Assembly (NCBI GenBank): GCA_038496445.1
Contig: JALMLS010000216.1
Location: 496,001 to 560,000, forward strand
Direction: 5' to 3'
DNA: 64,000 nucleotides
DNA from: Trichosphaerium sp. ATCC 40318
Lineage: Eukaryota > Protista > Tubulinea
Positions within the stretch are counted from its first letter, which is position 1. Each line of letters opens with the position of its first letter. The notes below the pieces were generated by a model. It saw nothing but the letters and a program-made list of their open reading frames with translations. It ran no database searches and was not told the DNA's origin. This document shows positions 63,573 to 64,000 of the stretch, piece by piece. A program made the translations under genes and the position numbers.

Positions 63573-64000
63573 TTAAAACAATACGCTGAGGATTACAATA
63601 ACAAGAGCAAAGGAAACTTGCAACATAGTAGAGGAAGAAGGTGCAAGAGATGGTTCAGGTGTAGGTGCAACAGATGTTGGTGCAACAGTTGTTGGTGGTT
63701 TAGCACAGTTATCAGCAGGATCAGCTGTGGTAGGACCAGGGATACCAGTCAAACTCATTGAGGTGACTTCTGCGGCAGCAACATTGAATGTTTCAATGAT
63801 AGTCATGTTAGCAGGGTCAGACAAGTCAACCTTGTAGATGACAGCAGCGCCTCCAGTGTTCTAAAAGAAAGATAAGTAAATATGCTTTCAAAACTACTTG
63901 AAATTGACGGTAAAGTCGCCGACGTGAAATGTGAATCAAAAGAGATCGGTTACGTACTTCAGCTACCCAAGCTTCATCTTCGCCAACGACGAGGTTCTCT
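63573..64000 (-). CDS. 3' end of a probable GPI-anchored surface protein (5' part outside the window)
   Basis: AWVAE|NTGGAAVIYKVDLSDP (propeller-like blade), a Pro/Thr stalk and hydrophobic tail SSSTMLQVSFALVIVILSVLF. Confidence 0.7.

Noticed and set aside
1-64000. Prokaryotic operon, defence island, prophage or alternative genetic code as the cause of the fragmented ORFs
   Set aside because: The fragmentation is explained by GT-AG introns that restore conserved motifs in phase, and TAA, TAG and TGA all end conserved genes.
1-64000. tRNA, rRNA, transposase or reverse transcriptase genes
   Set aside because: No recognisable motifs seen by eye; tRNAscan-SE, Infernal and RepeatModeler would be needed to exclude them.

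Overview
Gene-dense, intron-rich, AT-rich eukaryotic (protist) DNA using the standard code, with short GT-AG introns (GTAYGT-like donors) and at least two GC-AG introns. The gene set (Roco, hybrid histidine kinase, Abp1-like, FGD-like GEF) is compatible with an amoebozoan-like phagotroph, which is an inference. Most short ORFs in the supplied track are exon fragments or antisense shadows, so I rebuilt about 25 gene models by hand; exon boundaries are approximate. Housekeeping genes: COPE, PCID2, Rab7-like, Abp1/drebrin-like, MDR quinone reductase, NRF-6-like acyltransferase. The best candidate for an undescribed system is a ~6.2 kb gene (5483-11707) encoding MORN repeats, a receiver-like fold, a Roc GTPase, COR, a PARP-type ADP-ribosyltransferase with the H-Y-E triad, and an Asp-less receiver domain. 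Other unusual architectures: a probably GPI-anchored beta-lactamase-fold protein lacking its catalytic residues, an RRM-HELZ/MOV10 helicase with an HSP20-like tail, a PA-domain 7TM receptor, an ABCG with an extra membrane block, an Abp1 with an (EEEY)n array, and an F-box/MORN-variant ORF split by a -1 frameshift. No rRNA, tRNA or CRISPR was seen.
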